From assembly GCA_965219085.1 (NCBI GenBank), contig OZ244720.1, forward strand, positions 2,080,001-2,144,000: 64,000 nucleotides of DNA, given 5' to 3'. Positions within the stretch are counted from its first letter, which is position 1; every line of letters begins with the position of its first letter. Below the pieces are notes generated by a model that searched no databases, had not been told where the DNA came from, and was given only the letters and a program-made list of their open reading frames with translations. The position numbers and the translations under genes were made by a program. Positions 1 to 9,806 of the stretch are shown piece after piece. The stretch is from Dehalococcoidia bacterium. GTDB lineage: Bacteria; Chloroflexota; Dehalococcoidia; UBA2979.

Positions 1-822
1 GTCGAGCGCACGAAGCAGTACATCGTCGACGGCGACGTCATCCAGGCGGTGATCTCGCAGCGCTTCGGCCGCGAGACGGGCGCGCACCCGTTCGAGGTGT
101 ACCGCTCGCTGCGCGCCATCAACCCCTCGCCGTACATGTACTACCTGCAGTACGGCGACCTCACGATCGTCGGCGCCTCGCCTGAGCTGCTCGTGAAGGT
201 CGAGAACGGCAAGGTGGACGTGCACCCCATCGCCGGCACGCGACCGCGCACCGGCGACGCCGACGAGGACGCGCGCCTCGCCGCCGAGCTCGAGACCGAC
301 CCCAAGGAGGTCGCCGAGCACGTGATGCTGCTCGACCTCGGGCGCAACGACGTCGGGCGCGTCGCCACCGCCGGCACCGTCGAGGTGACGCAGCGCCTGG
401 ACCTCGAGTTCTACTCGCACGTCATGCACCTCGTGAGCCACGTGCAGGGGCAACTGCGCGAGGGCATGAGCGCGTACGACGCGTTGCGCTCGGCGTTCCC
501 GGCGGGGACGGTCTCCGGCGCGCCGAAGATCCGCGCGATGGAGATCGTCGCCGAGCTCGAGCCGGTCCGGCGCGGGCCATACGCGGGGGCGGTCGGCTTC
601 TTCGACCTCTCGGGCAACGTCGAGACGTGCATCACGATCCGCACGCTGGTGATGCGAGACGGGATGGCGTACGTGCAGGCCGGCGGCGGCATCGTCTACG
701 ACTCGGACCCCGTGCGGGAGTTCGAGGAGACGCAGCACAAGGCCCGTGCGCTCCTCGCCGCCATCGACGACGCCGAGGAGCGCGGCGTACGCGACAGCGT
801 GCCCGGGAGCCTGGGCTACTGA
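1..822 (+). CDS. trpE: Anthranilate synthase component I (5'-truncated by window edge)
   Basis: Open frame from base 1; motifs NPSPYMY, PIAGTRPR, EHVMLLDLGRND, FPAGTVSGAPKIRAM; trp context. Confidence 0.95.
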   Translation, partial: VERTKQYIVDGDVIQAVISQRFGRETGAHPFEVYRSLRAINPSPYMYYLQYGDLTIVGASPELLVKVENGKVDVHPIAGTRPRTGDADEDARLAAELETDPKEVAEHVMLLDLGRNDVGRVATAGTVEVTQRLDLEFYSHVMHLVSHVQGQLREGMSAYDALRSAFPAGTVSGAPKIRAMEIVAELEPVRRGPYAGAVGFFDLSGNVETCITIRTLVMRDGMAYVQAGGGIVYDSDPVREFEETQHKARALLAAIDDAEERGVRDSVPGSLGY

Positions 823-1985
823 TGGTCGCCGACGAGCAGGGGCTGCCGATCGTGGCCGCGGTCGCGCTGCTGCGCGCCGACGGCCGAGTGCTGCTCGTGC
901 GCCACACCGACAGCGCGCACCCCGGGGCCGCCGAGGGCCGCTGGACGCTCCCGGCCGAGCCGGTCGCCGACGACGAGGTGGTCGAGACGGCGCTGGCGCG
1001 GCTGCTCCAGCGGCGGCTGCACCTCGCCTCGGACGCTACTGAGTTCAGCGAGAGCGTCGGGCTGCCCGGCGCGATCGCCAACGTCTTCACCTGCGCAGAG
1101 TGGTCGGGCGACCCCGCCTACTCGGCGGACGACTACGCCGACGCAGCGTGGGCGGCGCCCCACGCGCCCGGCGGCGTCGACCTGCCCGAGGGCGTGCGCG
1201 CGTACCTCGCGAGCGCGTTCCCTGCGCCGCAGCTTCCAGGACGCGGGGATACCCCGCAGGTTCCGGCACGCGGGGATACCCCGCAGGCTCCTGCACGCGG
1301 GGATACCCCGCAGGCTCCTGCACGCGGGAATACCCCGCAGGCTCCTGCACGCGGGGATACCCCGCAGGCTCCTGCACGCGGGGATACCCCGCAGGTTGCT
1401 GGACGCGTCGTACCGGCCGTGAGCACGCCCACGACCGGCGCGCCGAAGAACCTCATCCGGCGGGAGGCGGCTCCGCCGACGGCCCCTCCACTGTGGTCGA
1501 TGACCCCGGACAGCCTCGTCGCGGAACTCGAGGAGGCACGCGAGGCGCTCACGGACGCCTACGCGCGCTTCGACGAGGCGTGGCTCGACGTCACCCTCGA
1601 CGGCGACTGGGCGCCCGTCGATCTCCTCGACCACTGCGCCACCGTCGAGGCGTACTACGCCTCGGAGGCGCGACGGCTCGCGGACGAGCCCGGCTACACA
1701 TGGCAGGGCTTCAACCCGGACCAGGGCGCCGCTGAGCGCGCAGGGCTCGCGAGGCCCGAGGACCGCGCGACGCGGGCCCGGCTGCAGTCGATCCGTGTCG
1801 ACACCCTGGCGTGGATCGAGGCGCTCGACAGCGAAGACCTCGCCGCCTACGGCAACCACGCCGAGCGCGGCGCGGTGCGGATCGGCGACCGGATCCAGGA
1901 GATCGCGAGACACGATCGCGAACACGCCGAACAACTCGCGGCGATGCTCGCCGCGACCGAAGCCGACGACGAGGACGGCGAGTGA
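822..1985 (+). CDS. Degenerate NUDIX-like domain + repeat linker + DinB-like C-terminal domain
   Basis: ATG overlaps trpE stop (TGATG); N-term VAAVALLRADGRVLLVRH..GRWTLP resembles NUDIX; C-term WAPVDLLDH...HDREHAEQL resembles the DinB His triad. Confidence 0.7.
   Translation: MVADEQGLPIVAAVALLRADGRVLLVRHTDSAHPGAAEGRWTLPAEPVADDEVVETALARLLQRRLHLASDATEFSESVGLPGAIANVFTCAEWSGDPAYSADDYADAAWAAPHAPGGVDLPEGVRAYLASAFPAPQLPGRGDTPQVPARGDTPQAPARGDTPQAPARGNTPQAPARGDTPQAPARGDTPQVAGRVVPAVSTPTTGAPKNLIRREAAPPTAPPLWSMTPDSLVAELEEAREALTDAYARFDEAWLDVTLDGDWAPVDLLDHCATVEAYYASEARRLADEPGYTWQGFNPDQGAAERAGLARPEDRATRARLQSIRVDTLAWIEALDSEDLAAYGNHAERGAVRIGDRIQEIARHDREHAEQLAAMLAATEADDEDGE
1241..1402. repeat. Six tandem 27-bp units (ACGCGGGGATACCCCGCAGGCTCCTGC), in frame, encoding RGDTPQAPA
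   Basis: Units start at 1241, 1268, 1295, 1322, 1349, 1376; each holds the palindrome GCGGGG-ATA-CCCCGC (one G>A variant in unit 4). Confidence 0.95.
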
Positions 1986-2025
1986 TGCGCTCGCACCTCG
2001 AACGCATCATCACGAGGGGAGCACC

Positions 2026-2619
2026 ATGCTGCTGCTGATCGATAACTACGACTCGTTCACGTACAACCTCTACCAGTACCTGAGCGAGCTAGGCGAGGAC
2101 GTCGAGGTGGTCCGCAACGACGAGACCACCCCGAAGGACTGCCTGGCGATGGAGCCGGAGCGCATCGTCATCTCGCCCGGGCCGTGCACGCCCGCCGAGG
2201 CGGGGGTCTCCGTGGACCTCATCCTCGAGGCTGCGGGCAAGGTGCCGCTGCTCGGCGTGTGCCTCGGCCACCAGAGCATCGGCGCGGCGTTCGGGGCGCG
2301 CGTCGAGTCGGCGGGCGAGATCATGCACGGCAAGCTGTCGACCATCTCGCACGACGGGCAGGGCGTGTTCGAGGGCCTGCCCGAGCCGTTCGAGGCGATT
2401 CGATATCATTCGCTGGCGATCGCGCCGGACTCGCTGCCGGACGAGCTCGAGGTGACGGCGCGCGCGGAGAGCGGCGTGATCATGGGAGTGCGCCACCGCA
2501 CGCTGGCGATCGAGGGCGTGCAGTTCCACCCGGAGTCGATCATGACGGAGACCGGCCACGACCTGCTGCGCAACTTCCTCGCGATGGACGGGCCGCTGCG
2601 CGCGGCCCCGCCGGCGTAG
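2026..2619 (+). CDS. trpG: Anthranilate synthase component II (glutamine amidotransferase)
   Basis: MLLLIDNYDSFTYNL, SPGPCTP, LGVCLGHQ, GVQFHPES; SD GAGGGGAG upstream. Confidence 0.95.
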   Translation: MLLLIDNYDSFTYNLYQYLSELGEDVEVVRNDETTPKDCLAMEPERIVISPGPCTPAEAGVSVDLILEAAGKVPLLGVCLGHQSIGAAFGARVESAGEIMHGKLSTISHDGQGVFEGLPEPFEAIRYHSLAIAPDSLPDELEVTARAESGVIMGVRHRTLAIEGVQFHPESIMTETGHDLLRNFLAMDGPLRAAPPA

Positions 2620-2636
2620 GGCGAGAGGCGGATCGA

Positions 2637-3017
2637 GTGGGCACGTTCAACGTCACCATCGAGGTCGCAGCCGGGCCGGAGGGCCCGTTCGAACCGATCG
2701 ACGCGATGGTCGATACGGGTGCGACGTTCACTGTTGCGCCAGGCTCGACCCTACGCAGGCTGGGCGTGGAACCGACCCGGCGTGTCGGGTTCGTCCTCGC
2801 CGACGGTAGTCGCAAAGAGCTAGACGCAGGGTGGGTGGTGATCCGTGTAGACGGGCAGGAGTCGCCTTCGCCCGTGGTCTTCGGCGAAGAGGGAGCTCCG
2901 CCGCTCCTTGGCGCGGTCACGCTGGAGGTGCTCCTGCTCAGTGTGGATCCGGTGAACCAGCGGCTTGTACCCGTCGATGCCTACATGCTCGGTCTGCAAC
3001 CAGGGAGCGGCTCATGA
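2637..3017 (+). CDS. Clan AA (retropepsin-like) aspartyl protease
   Basis: MVDTGATFT catalytic motif and LLGAVTLE; GTG start; stop overlaps trpD ATG. Confidence 0.75.
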   Translation: MGTFNVTIEVAAGPEGPFEPIDAMVDTGATFTVAPGSTLRRLGVEPTRRVGFVLADGSRKELDAGWVVIRVDGQESPSPVVFGEEGAPPLLGAVTLEVLLLSVDPVNQRLVPVDAYMLGLQPGSGS

Positions 3018-4036
3018 TTCGCGAGGCGATTGCGGCGCTGGTCGACGAGGGGCGCGACCTCAGCGAGGACGAGGCCGCCGCGGTCATGGACGAGATCATG
3101 CAGGCCGAGGCGACGCCCGCGCAGTTCGGCGCGTTCGTCCTCGCGCTGCGACAGAAGGGCGAGACCGTCGACGAGGTCGTCGGCATGGCGCGCGTCATGC
3201 GCGAGCACTCCCTCCACGTCCCCTTCGAGGGCCGCCCGCTGCTCGACACCTGCGGCACCGGCGGCTCCGGCCTCGGCACCTTCAACGTCTCGACGTCGGC
3301 GGCGTTCGTCGCCGCGGCGGCCGGGGCGAACGTTGCCAAGCACGGCAACCGAGCGATGACCTCGCAGTCCGGTTCGGCGGACCTGCTCGAGGCGCTCGGT
3401 GCGCAGATCGCGCTTGAGCCGGACCAGGTGGCGCGCTGCATCGAGCGCACGGGCGTGGGGTTCATGTTCGCGCAGTCGTTCCACCCCGCGATGGCCTTCG
3501 CGGCGCCGCTGCGACGCGAGATCGGCGTGCGCACCGTCTTCAACATCCTCGGTCCGCTCACCAACCCCGCCTCCGCCAACTGCCACGTGCTCGGCACGCC
3601 CAGCGAGGCGGTCGCCGAGTTGCTGGCGGGCGCGCTCGCCCGCCTCGGCGTGCGCCACGCGCTCGTGGCGAGCAGCGACGAGGGGATGGACGAGATCTCG
3701 GTCTCGGCCCCCTCCACGCTGTTCGAGGTGCGCGGTGACGCGGTCACGCGCAGGCGCGTCACCGTCCGCGACTTCGGCGTCGCCGAGCACGCGCTCGACG
3801 ACGTGCTGGGCGGCGACGCCGAGACCAACGCCGAGGCGCTGCGCGGGGTGCTGCGCGGCGACGGCTCCGCCGCGCTGCGTGACTTCATCGCCGTCAACGC
3901 GGGCGCCGGGCTGTACGTCTGCGGGCTCGCCGCCAATCTGCAGCAGGGGGCCGAGCAGGCGCTCGCGGCCATCGACGACGGCGGGGCGGCGGCGCGGGTC
4001 GGCGCGTTCGTCGAGGCGACGCGGCGCAGTGACTGA
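3014..4036 (+). CDS. trpD: Anthranilate phosphoribosyltransferase
   Basis: DTCGTGG, TFNVST, AKHGNRA, RTVFNILGPLTNP. Confidence 0.95.
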   Translation: MIREAIAALVDEGRDLSEDEAAAVMDEIMQAEATPAQFGAFVLALRQKGETVDEVVGMARVMREHSLHVPFEGRPLLDTCGTGGSGLGTFNVSTSAAFVAAAAGANVAKHGNRAMTSQSGSADLLEALGAQIALEPDQVARCIERTGVGFMFAQSFHPAMAFAAPLRREIGVRTVFNILGPLTNPASANCHVLGTPSEAVAELLAGALARLGVRHALVASSDEGMDEISVSAPSTLFEVRGDAVTRRRVTVRDFGVAEHALDDVLGGDAETNAEALRGVLRGDGSAALRDFIAVNAGAGLYVCGLAANLQQGAEQALAAIDDGGAAARVGAFVEATRRSD

Positions 4037-4916
4037 ACCAGCGGCCGACGCCGCGCGCGAGACCGGCACGGTCCTCGACCGCATCGTCGCCGACCGGCGG
4101 CTGCGGCTCGCGGAGGACCGGCAGGCCCGGCCGGAGGCCGCGCTCGCCGCACTGGCTGCGGCGCGGGCCGCGCCGGTAGGCTTCGCGAAACGGCTGCGTG
4201 AGGGCCGCGCGGCCTCGCCAGACGGGGCGCAACTGCGGCTCATCGCCGAGATCAAGCGCGCGTCGCCTTCGCGGGGCGTGATCAACGCCGACCTCGACGC
4301 AGCCGTGCAGGCTCGCGAGTACGCCGACGCAGGCGCGTCGGCGGTGTCGGTGCTCACGGAGCCGTCGTTCTTCGGTGGAAGCATCGAGGACCTCGCAGCT
4401 GCCGCGGACGTGGTGGCCGGTGACGCGGACCGCCCCGCGCTGCTACGCAAGGACTTCGTCTTCGACCCCTACCAGGTCGCCGAGGCGTGTGCGCACGGCG
4501 CGGACGCCGTGCTGCTCATCGTGATGATGCTCGACCCCTCGGCGCTCGCCGACCTCCTCGCCCTCACGCGCGAGCACGGCATGGAGGCGCTCGTCGAGGT
4601 GCACGACGCCGACGAGCTGGCCGCCGCGCTCGACGCGGGCGCGCGGGTGCTCGGCGTCAACAACCGCGACCTGCGCACGTTCGACGAGGACCTCGGCACA
4701 TTCGAGCGGCTCGCGCCGCTCGCGCTGGACGCCGCCGCGGACGTGACGCTCGTGGCGGAGTCGGCGATCGCCACCGCCACCGACGCCGGGCGCATGGCGA
4801 ACGCGGGCGCGCACGCGCTGCTCGTCGGCGAGGCGCTGGTGCGGTCGGGTGACGTGGCCGGCAAGGCGCACGAGCTGATGCTCGTGCCGACGCCGCAGCG
4901 GGCGCGCGCGCCGTGA
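4029..4916 (+). CDS. trpC: Indole-3-glycerol phosphate synthase
   Basis: LIAEIKRASPSRG, VSVLTEP, LRKDF, GVNNRDL, VAES; GTG start overlaps trpD end. Confidence 0.93.
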   Translation: MTEPAADAARETGTVLDRIVADRRLRLAEDRQARPEAALAALAAARAAPVGFAKRLREGRAASPDGAQLRLIAEIKRASPSRGVINADLDAAVQAREYADAGASAVSVLTEPSFFGGSIEDLAAAADVVAGDADRPALLRKDFVFDPYQVAEACAHGADAVLLIVMMLDPSALADLLALTREHGMEALVEVHDADELAAALDAGARVLGVNNRDLRTFDEDLGTFERLAPLALDAAADVTLVAESAIATATDAGRMANAGAHALLVGEALVRSGDVAGKAHELMLVPTPQRARAP

Positions 4917-5659
4917 CCTTCGTCAAGATCTGCGGCAACCGCCAACCGGCCGACGTCGTCGCAGCCGCCGAGGCGGGGGCGGACTTCGTCGGGATCATCT
5001 TCGCCGACGCCCCTCGCCGCGTGGAGGTCGAGACCGCGCAGGCGATGGTGCGCGCGCTCGGCGGCCCCCTCGCTGCGCACGAGATCGCGATGCCGCCGCC
5101 CGCGCGGGGCCGCGCGCGCGAGGACGAGCGCGAGTGGTTCCAGCATGGCGCGCGCGTGCTGGAGGCGTACCTGGAGGCGAAGCGGCCGCTCACCGTGGGC
5201 GTCTTCGCCGATCAGCCGATCGATGAGGTCAACGAGATTGCACAGGAGACCGGTATCGACCTCGTGCAGCTCTCAGGCGACGAGACCTGGGAGGACTGCC
5301 TGCGCGTGATCAAGCAGACGATCCAGGTCGTCCACGTCTCGCCGCTCGATTCGCCCTCGGACCCGCTCGCGCGCGTCGAGCCGGGGTTTGCCATCGCGCT
5401 CATGCTCGACTCGGCGCACGGGCCGTACCGCGGCGGCAGCGGGCAGCCGTTCGACTGGGAGGTGGCGCGCGCCGTGGCGGCGGAGCTCCCGATGTTCCTC
5501 GCGGGCGGGCTCAACCCGGAGAACGTCGCGCGCGCGATCGACCAGGTCCACCCCTGGGCCGTCGACGTGTCGAGCGGGACGGAGCGCGATGGACGCAAGG
5601 ACCACGACCTCGTCCGTGCATTCGTCGAGGCGGTGCGCAGGCACGACGCCGGCGGGTAG
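4913..5659 (+). CDS. trpF: Phosphoribosylanthranilate isomerase (with internal insertion)
   Basis: FVKICG, GADFVGIIF, VGVF, GGSGQPFDW, LAGGLNPENV, VDVSSG. Confidence 0.92.
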   Translation: MTFVKICGNRQPADVVAAAEAGADFVGIIFADAPRRVEVETAQAMVRALGGPLAAHEIAMPPPARGRAREDEREWFQHGARVLEAYLEAKRPLTVGVFADQPIDEVNEIAQETGIDLVQLSGDETWEDCLRVIKQTIQVVHVSPLDSPSDPLARVEPGFAIALMLDSAHGPYRGGSGQPFDWEVARAVAAELPMFLAGGLNPENVARAIDQVHPWAVDVSSGTERDGRKDHDLVRAFVEAVRRHDAGG

Positions 5660-5704
5660 CGCGTCCTCGCGCGTTACGCTCGAGCGCCGTCGGTGGTGGG
5701 TGGG

Positions 5705-6775
5705 CTACCGGGTAATCAGGGATCGCAGGGATCGCAGGGACCGGGGATCCTGCTCGTCGCGTGAGCGATGCATCAGATGGCCCACGTGATGATCCTCGAG
5801 GCAGCCGGTCAGCGACTGCTCGACCTGGACCGTGGCGTGACCGATGCCGTAGCGGTCGTGGGCGATCTCCTGGACATCGTTGATGAGCTTGTCGATGTCT
5901 CCTGCGTAGTCGGGGTCGACGAGGACGTGGGCCGTGAAGGCTTCGCTCTGCGACGTGATCGTCCAGACATGCACATCGTGGATGAGGGTGACGCCCTCGA
6001 TCTCCTCGATGTCGTGGCAGAGCTCATACACGTCGATGTGCTCGGGCGTGCCTTCGAGCAGCACGTGGACGACCTGCAGGAGCAGGCCTCGCGACGCGAA
6101 CAGGATCAGCAGCCCGATCAGCACACTCAGGATCGGGTCGGCGAGGCGCCAACCGAAGGCCAGAATCAGCACTGCGGAGATGATGACGCCGACAGACCCC
6201 ATGAGGTCGGCGAACACATGCTGGAACGCACCCTCGGCGTTCAGGCTGTATTGCGAGGAGCGGCGCAGGATGAAGGCGGCGGCGATGTTCACGAGGAGAC
6301 CGCCGGTGCCGACGATGAGCACCGGCCATCCGTCGACGTGGGTCTCCTCGATCGTGAACCGGTGATAGGCCTCGAAGAAGATCCACGCGACGATCAGCCA
6401 GAGCGCGACGACATTCGCCATCGCGGCGAGGACCTCGACTCGGTAGAAGCCGAACGTGCGCTCCGGCGAAGCCTCGCGCTGCGCGAGCCACATTGCGACG
6501 AGCGCGATCGCGATCGCGGCGGCGTCCGTGGCCATGTGCCCGGCGTCGGCGAGGAGGGCGAGGCTGCCCGACAGCCAGCCGCCGATCACCTCGGCCATCA
6601 TGTAGCCGCTGATCAACACCAGGCCGATCGTCAGGTTGCGGCGGCTGGCCTCTCTCAGGTCGTGCGTGTGGCTGCGTCCGCTGGGCGCGTGGTCGTCGTG
6701 GTCATGGCTGGCGTCGTCGTGCCCGGTGTGGTCGTCGTGGTCGTCAGCGTCGTCGTGGTCGTGAGCGTCGGGCAT
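5705..6775 (-). CDS. czcD: Cation diffusion facilitator (Zn/Co/Cd efflux) with His/Asp-rich N-terminus
   Basis: SLALLADAGHMATD, TFGFYRVEVLAA, HVFAD, IHDVHVWTIT; several TM segments. Confidence 0.9.
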   Translation of the reverse strand: MPDAHDHDDADDHDDHTGHDDASHDHDDHAPSGRSHTHDLREASRRNLTIGLVLISGYMMAEVIGGWLSGSLALLADAGHMATDAAAIAIALVAMWLAQREASPERTFGFYRVEVLAAMANVVALWLIVAWIFFEAYHRFTIEETHVDGWPVLIVGTGGLLVNIAAAFILRRSSQYSLNAEGAFQHVFADLMGSVGVIISAVLILAFGWRLADPILSVLIGLLILFASRGLLLQVVHVLLEGTPEHIDVYELCHDIEEIEGVTLIHDVHVWTITSQSEAFTAHVLVDPDYAGDIDKLINDVQEIAHDRYGIGHATVQVEQSLTGCLEDHHVGHLMHRSRDEQDPRSLRSLRSLITR

Positions 6776-7009
6776 GGCCGCTTCCTGTGTCTCTCGACGG
6801 CGCCGTGTACGCCCCCCGCACCCTCTGGCTCGACGTTCGCTCAGTCTACAAGGCTCGCCCCGCTGCACGTTTGTGTTCGGCGCTTGGTAGTGCATCTCGG
6901 AAAGCGCGCAACGGACACCGCCGCCGCCGCTCTGCGTCTCGCCCGGCTATGATCACGTTGCCTCGTCCCGCAGCGAAGAGGTACCCGGCGAGCCGTTCGA
7001 GGAGGCCGC

Positions 7010-8224
7010 ATGACCACGACCACGGGCCCCACCGCGCTCCCCGACGGCCGCGGCTACTTCGGCGACTTCGGCGGCCGCTACGTCCCTGAGACGCTCATGC
7101 CCGCGCTCGCCGAACTCGAGGCTGCGTACGACGAGGCCCGCGCCGACGAGGCCTTCGCCGCGGAGCTCGACGACCTGCTCGCCACGTACGCTGGCCGCCC
7201 GACGGCGCTGACCCGCGCTCGCCGCCTCGAGGAGCGCCTCGGCGGCGATCAGCCGCCGCACATCTACCTCAAGCGCGAGGACCTCGCCCACACCGGCGCG
7301 CACAAGATCAACGCCGCGCTCGCGCAGGGGCTGCTCGCGAGGCGCATGGGCAAGCGCCGCATCGTCGCCGAGACCGGCGCCGGCCAGCACGGTGTCGCGA
7401 CGGCGACGACGTGCGCGCTGCTCGGCCTCGAATGCATCGTCTACATGGGCGCCGAGGACGTGCGGCGACAGGCGCTCAACGTCTTCCGCATGAAGCTGCT
7501 CGGCGCCGAGGTGCGCACCGTCGAGACCGGCTCGCGCACGCTCAAGGACGCCATCAACGAGGCGATCCGCGACTGGGTCACGAACGTCCGCACCACGCAC
7601 TACCTGCTCGGCTCGGTCGTCGGGCCGCACCCCTACCCGATGCTCGTGCGCGACTTCCAGTCCGTGATCGGCAACGAGGCGCGAGCGCAGGTCCTCGCGG
7701 TCGAGGGACGGCTGCCCACCATCGCGCTTGCCTGCGTCGGGGGCGGCTCGAACGCGATGGGCATGTTCCACCCGCTGCTCGACGACGACGTACGGTTGAT
7801 CGGCGTCGAGGCTGCGGGCGAAGGCCTGGAGGCGCGGCACGCCGCCACGCTCAGCGGCGGCCGGCCCGGCGTGCTGCACGGCGCGCGCTCCTACCTGCTG
7901 CAGGACGAGCACGGCCAGGTCGTCGAGGCGCACTCGATCTCAGCAGGGCTCGACTACCCGGGCGTCGGCCCGGAGCACGCCTGGCTCAAGGTGAGCGAAC
8001 GCGCGCAGTACGTCTCCGTGACCGACACCGACGCGCTCGAGGCATTCCAGCTGCTCAGCGAGACCGAGGGCATCATCCCGGCCCTCGAGACCTCGCACGC
8101 GATCGCCCACCTCGCGAAGCTTGTCCCCGAACTCGGCGCCGACGACATCGTGCTCGTCAGCCTGAGCGGGCGCGGGGACAAGGACATGGGCACGGTCGCG
8201 GGCGCCCTCGGCGTCACGCTCTGA
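7010..8224 (+). CDS. trpB: Tryptophan synthase beta chain
   Basis: [55 protein letters not shown]. Confidence 0.97.
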   Translation: MTTTTGPTALPDGRGYFGDFGGRYVPETLMPALAELEAAYDEARADEAFAAELDDLLATYAGRPTALTRARRLEERLGGDQPPHIYLKREDLAHTGAHKINAALAQGLLARRMGKRRIVAETGAGQHGVATATTCALLGLECIVYMGAEDVRRQALNVFRMKLLGAEVRTVETGSRTLKDAINEAIRDWVTNVRTTHYLLGSVVGPHPYPMLVRDFQSVIGNEARAQVLAVEGRLPTIALACVGGGSNAMGMFHPLLDDDVRLIGVEAAGEGLEARHAATLSGGRPGVLHGARSYLLQDEHGQVVEAHSISAGLDYPGVGPEHAWLKVSERAQYVSVTDTDALEAFQLLSETEGIIPALETSHAIAHLAKLVPELGADDIVLVSLSGRGDKDMGTVAGALGVTL

Positions 8225-8233
8225 CGGGCGGCG

Positions 8234-8968
8234 CTACGCGCCGACCGAGGATCGCAACTCCCGCAGGATCTTCACGGTGTGCGCCGGCATCGCTTCATTG
8301 CGTTCCTCGAGCGCGGCGATGCGGCTGCGCAGCCACTCAAGGTCGGCGGGCGAGTTGATGTCGCGTTCCATCGCGAGCTTCTGGAATCGGGTACCGCGCG
8401 CGAGCGCGATGCGCTCGATGGAGGAGAACACCCGGGTGCCACCCCACTCCAGCGTGCGGTTCTCGAACAGCTCGGGCCACGGCTCCCACATCGCAGCGAG
8501 GTAGAAGCCGCCGTGGGCGGCCGGGCCGAACACGACGTCCGCCTCGGTCAGCGCGGCGCGGGCCCCGTCGAGGTGTTCGGCGGTCAGCAGCGGCACGTCG
8601 GCGCTGAGCACTGCGATAGGCGAGTAGCCGTCGTCGGCGAGAGCGCGCAGCGCGGCAAGAGTGCGTCGCCCGAGACCGCCCGCGCCCTGCGCGCGTGCAT
8701 CCTCGACGCCGGTCAACTCTGCGAGGGCGGCCGGAGACGCCAATGGCTCCGCGAACAGCACGGGCTGCCACCCGCGCGAGGAGCGCACGGCTGCCACGGC
8801 GTCGAGGAGCATCGCCGAGGTCAGCCGCGCGGCGCCCTCGTGACCGACGGCGGTGGCGAGCCGTGGCTTCGCGCGTCCCGGCGAGAGGGCGCGCGCCAGC
8901 AGGCCGACGGCCGGGCCGCGGTTCGGGCTACGGCCGTGAGCCACGGTGCCCCTCGCGGTGTTGCGCAT
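8234..8968 (-). CDS. DUF2064/TIGR04282-like nucleotide-diphospho-sugar transferase fold protein
   Basis: GRAKPRLA, AQGAGGLG, SADVP, VVFGPAAHGGFYL, RDINSPADL; TATGCT 7 nt upstream supports ATG at 8968. Confidence 0.7.
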   Translation of the reverse strand: MRNTARGTVAHGRSPNRGPAVGLLARALSPGRAKPRLATAVGHEGAARLTSAMLLDAVAAVRSSRGWQPVLFAEPLASPAALAELTGVEDARAQGAGGLGRRTLAALRALADDGYSPIAVLSADVPLLTAEHLDGARAALTEADVVFGPAAHGGFYLAAMWEPWPELFENRTLEWGGTRVFSSIERIALARGTRFQKLAMERDINSPADLEWLRSRIAALEERNEAMPAHTVKILRELRSSVGA

Positions 8969-9065
8969 GGGCGGGAGCATACCGAGGTTCGCGCCTGCGG
9001 GCGTCCCGGCGCCGGCGCAGCAGGTGTGGGTGTCGCAGGGCCGGGCGCCTTGTTAGGCTCCGCGC

Positions 9066-9806
9066 ATGGTCGGATCGCACTTCGCTACGCCGCTCGCCGT
9101 TCCCGCGCCCGTGGGGCCCGGATTGCGCCCACCGCTGTGGCAGTGGCGCGACCTCGGGGTTGCGGTCGCGATCACCCTGGCCGGGTTCGCGGCGCTCGCC
9201 ACCGCACTCGCACTCACGCGCAGCGGCGGCGGTGTCAGCGCCGCGGTTGCGGGCGCGCTGCTGCTGTTCGAGTTGACCCTCGTCGCGACCGTGCTCGTGC
9301 TCGCGGCACGGCGAGGTCTTACGTTCGCGGACCTCGGGTTCGTGGCGCCTCGGCGCTGGCGGCCGCTCGCCGTCGCGTGGGCGGGCGCATACGTGATCCT
9401 GTTCCTGTACCAGGCGGTGCTGCTCGCTCTCCAGGCCCTGGGGTTCCCGGTCCAGGGGTTTGCCGAGGGCAACACCATCCCGTTGCACGCCGCGCTGGGG
9501 CCGCTGGTGATCGTCGTGATCGGCCTGGCCGTTGTGGTGGCGGCTCCGTTCGGCGAGGAGTTGCTGTTCCGGGCGCTGTTCTTCCGCGGGATGCGCGGGT
9601 ACTGGCGGTTCATGCCGGCCGCGTGGGCGAGCGGACTGCTGTTCGCGCTGTTCCACGTCAACCTCAGCGTGGTGGTGCCGTTCGCGTTGATCGGCGCGCT
9701 GTTCGCGTGGGCGTACGAGGAGTCGGGGTCGTTGTGGGTCACCATCGTGGCGCACGGCGGGCTCAACGGCGTCTCCTTCGTCGTCACGCTGCTGTTGCTC
9801 GAATGA
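9066..9806 (+). CDS. CPBP (CAAX/Abi) intramembrane glutamic endopeptidase
   Basis: APFGEELLFR, LFALFH, AHGGLN motifs; hydrophobic. Confidence 0.88.
   Translation: MVGSHFATPLAVPAPVGPGLRPPLWQWRDLGVAVAITLAGFAALATALALTRSGGGVSAAVAGALLLFELTLVATVLVLAARRGLTFADLGFVAPRRWRPLAVAWAGAYVILFLYQAVLLALQALGFPVQGFAEGNTIPLHAALGPLVIVVIGLAVVVAAPFGEELLFRALFFRGMRGYWRFMPAAWASGLLFALFHVNLSVVVPFALIGALFAWAYEESGSLWVTIVAHGGLNGVSFVVTLLLLE

Noticed and set aside
1241-1402. 27-bp repeats as a CRISPR array
   Set aside because: Units abut with no unique spacers, lie in frame within a CDS, and no cas genes are present
5718-5740. Short CAGGGATCG repeats at the CDF gene 3' end
   Set aside because: Low-copy microrepeat encoding an LRS tail; no sign of significance
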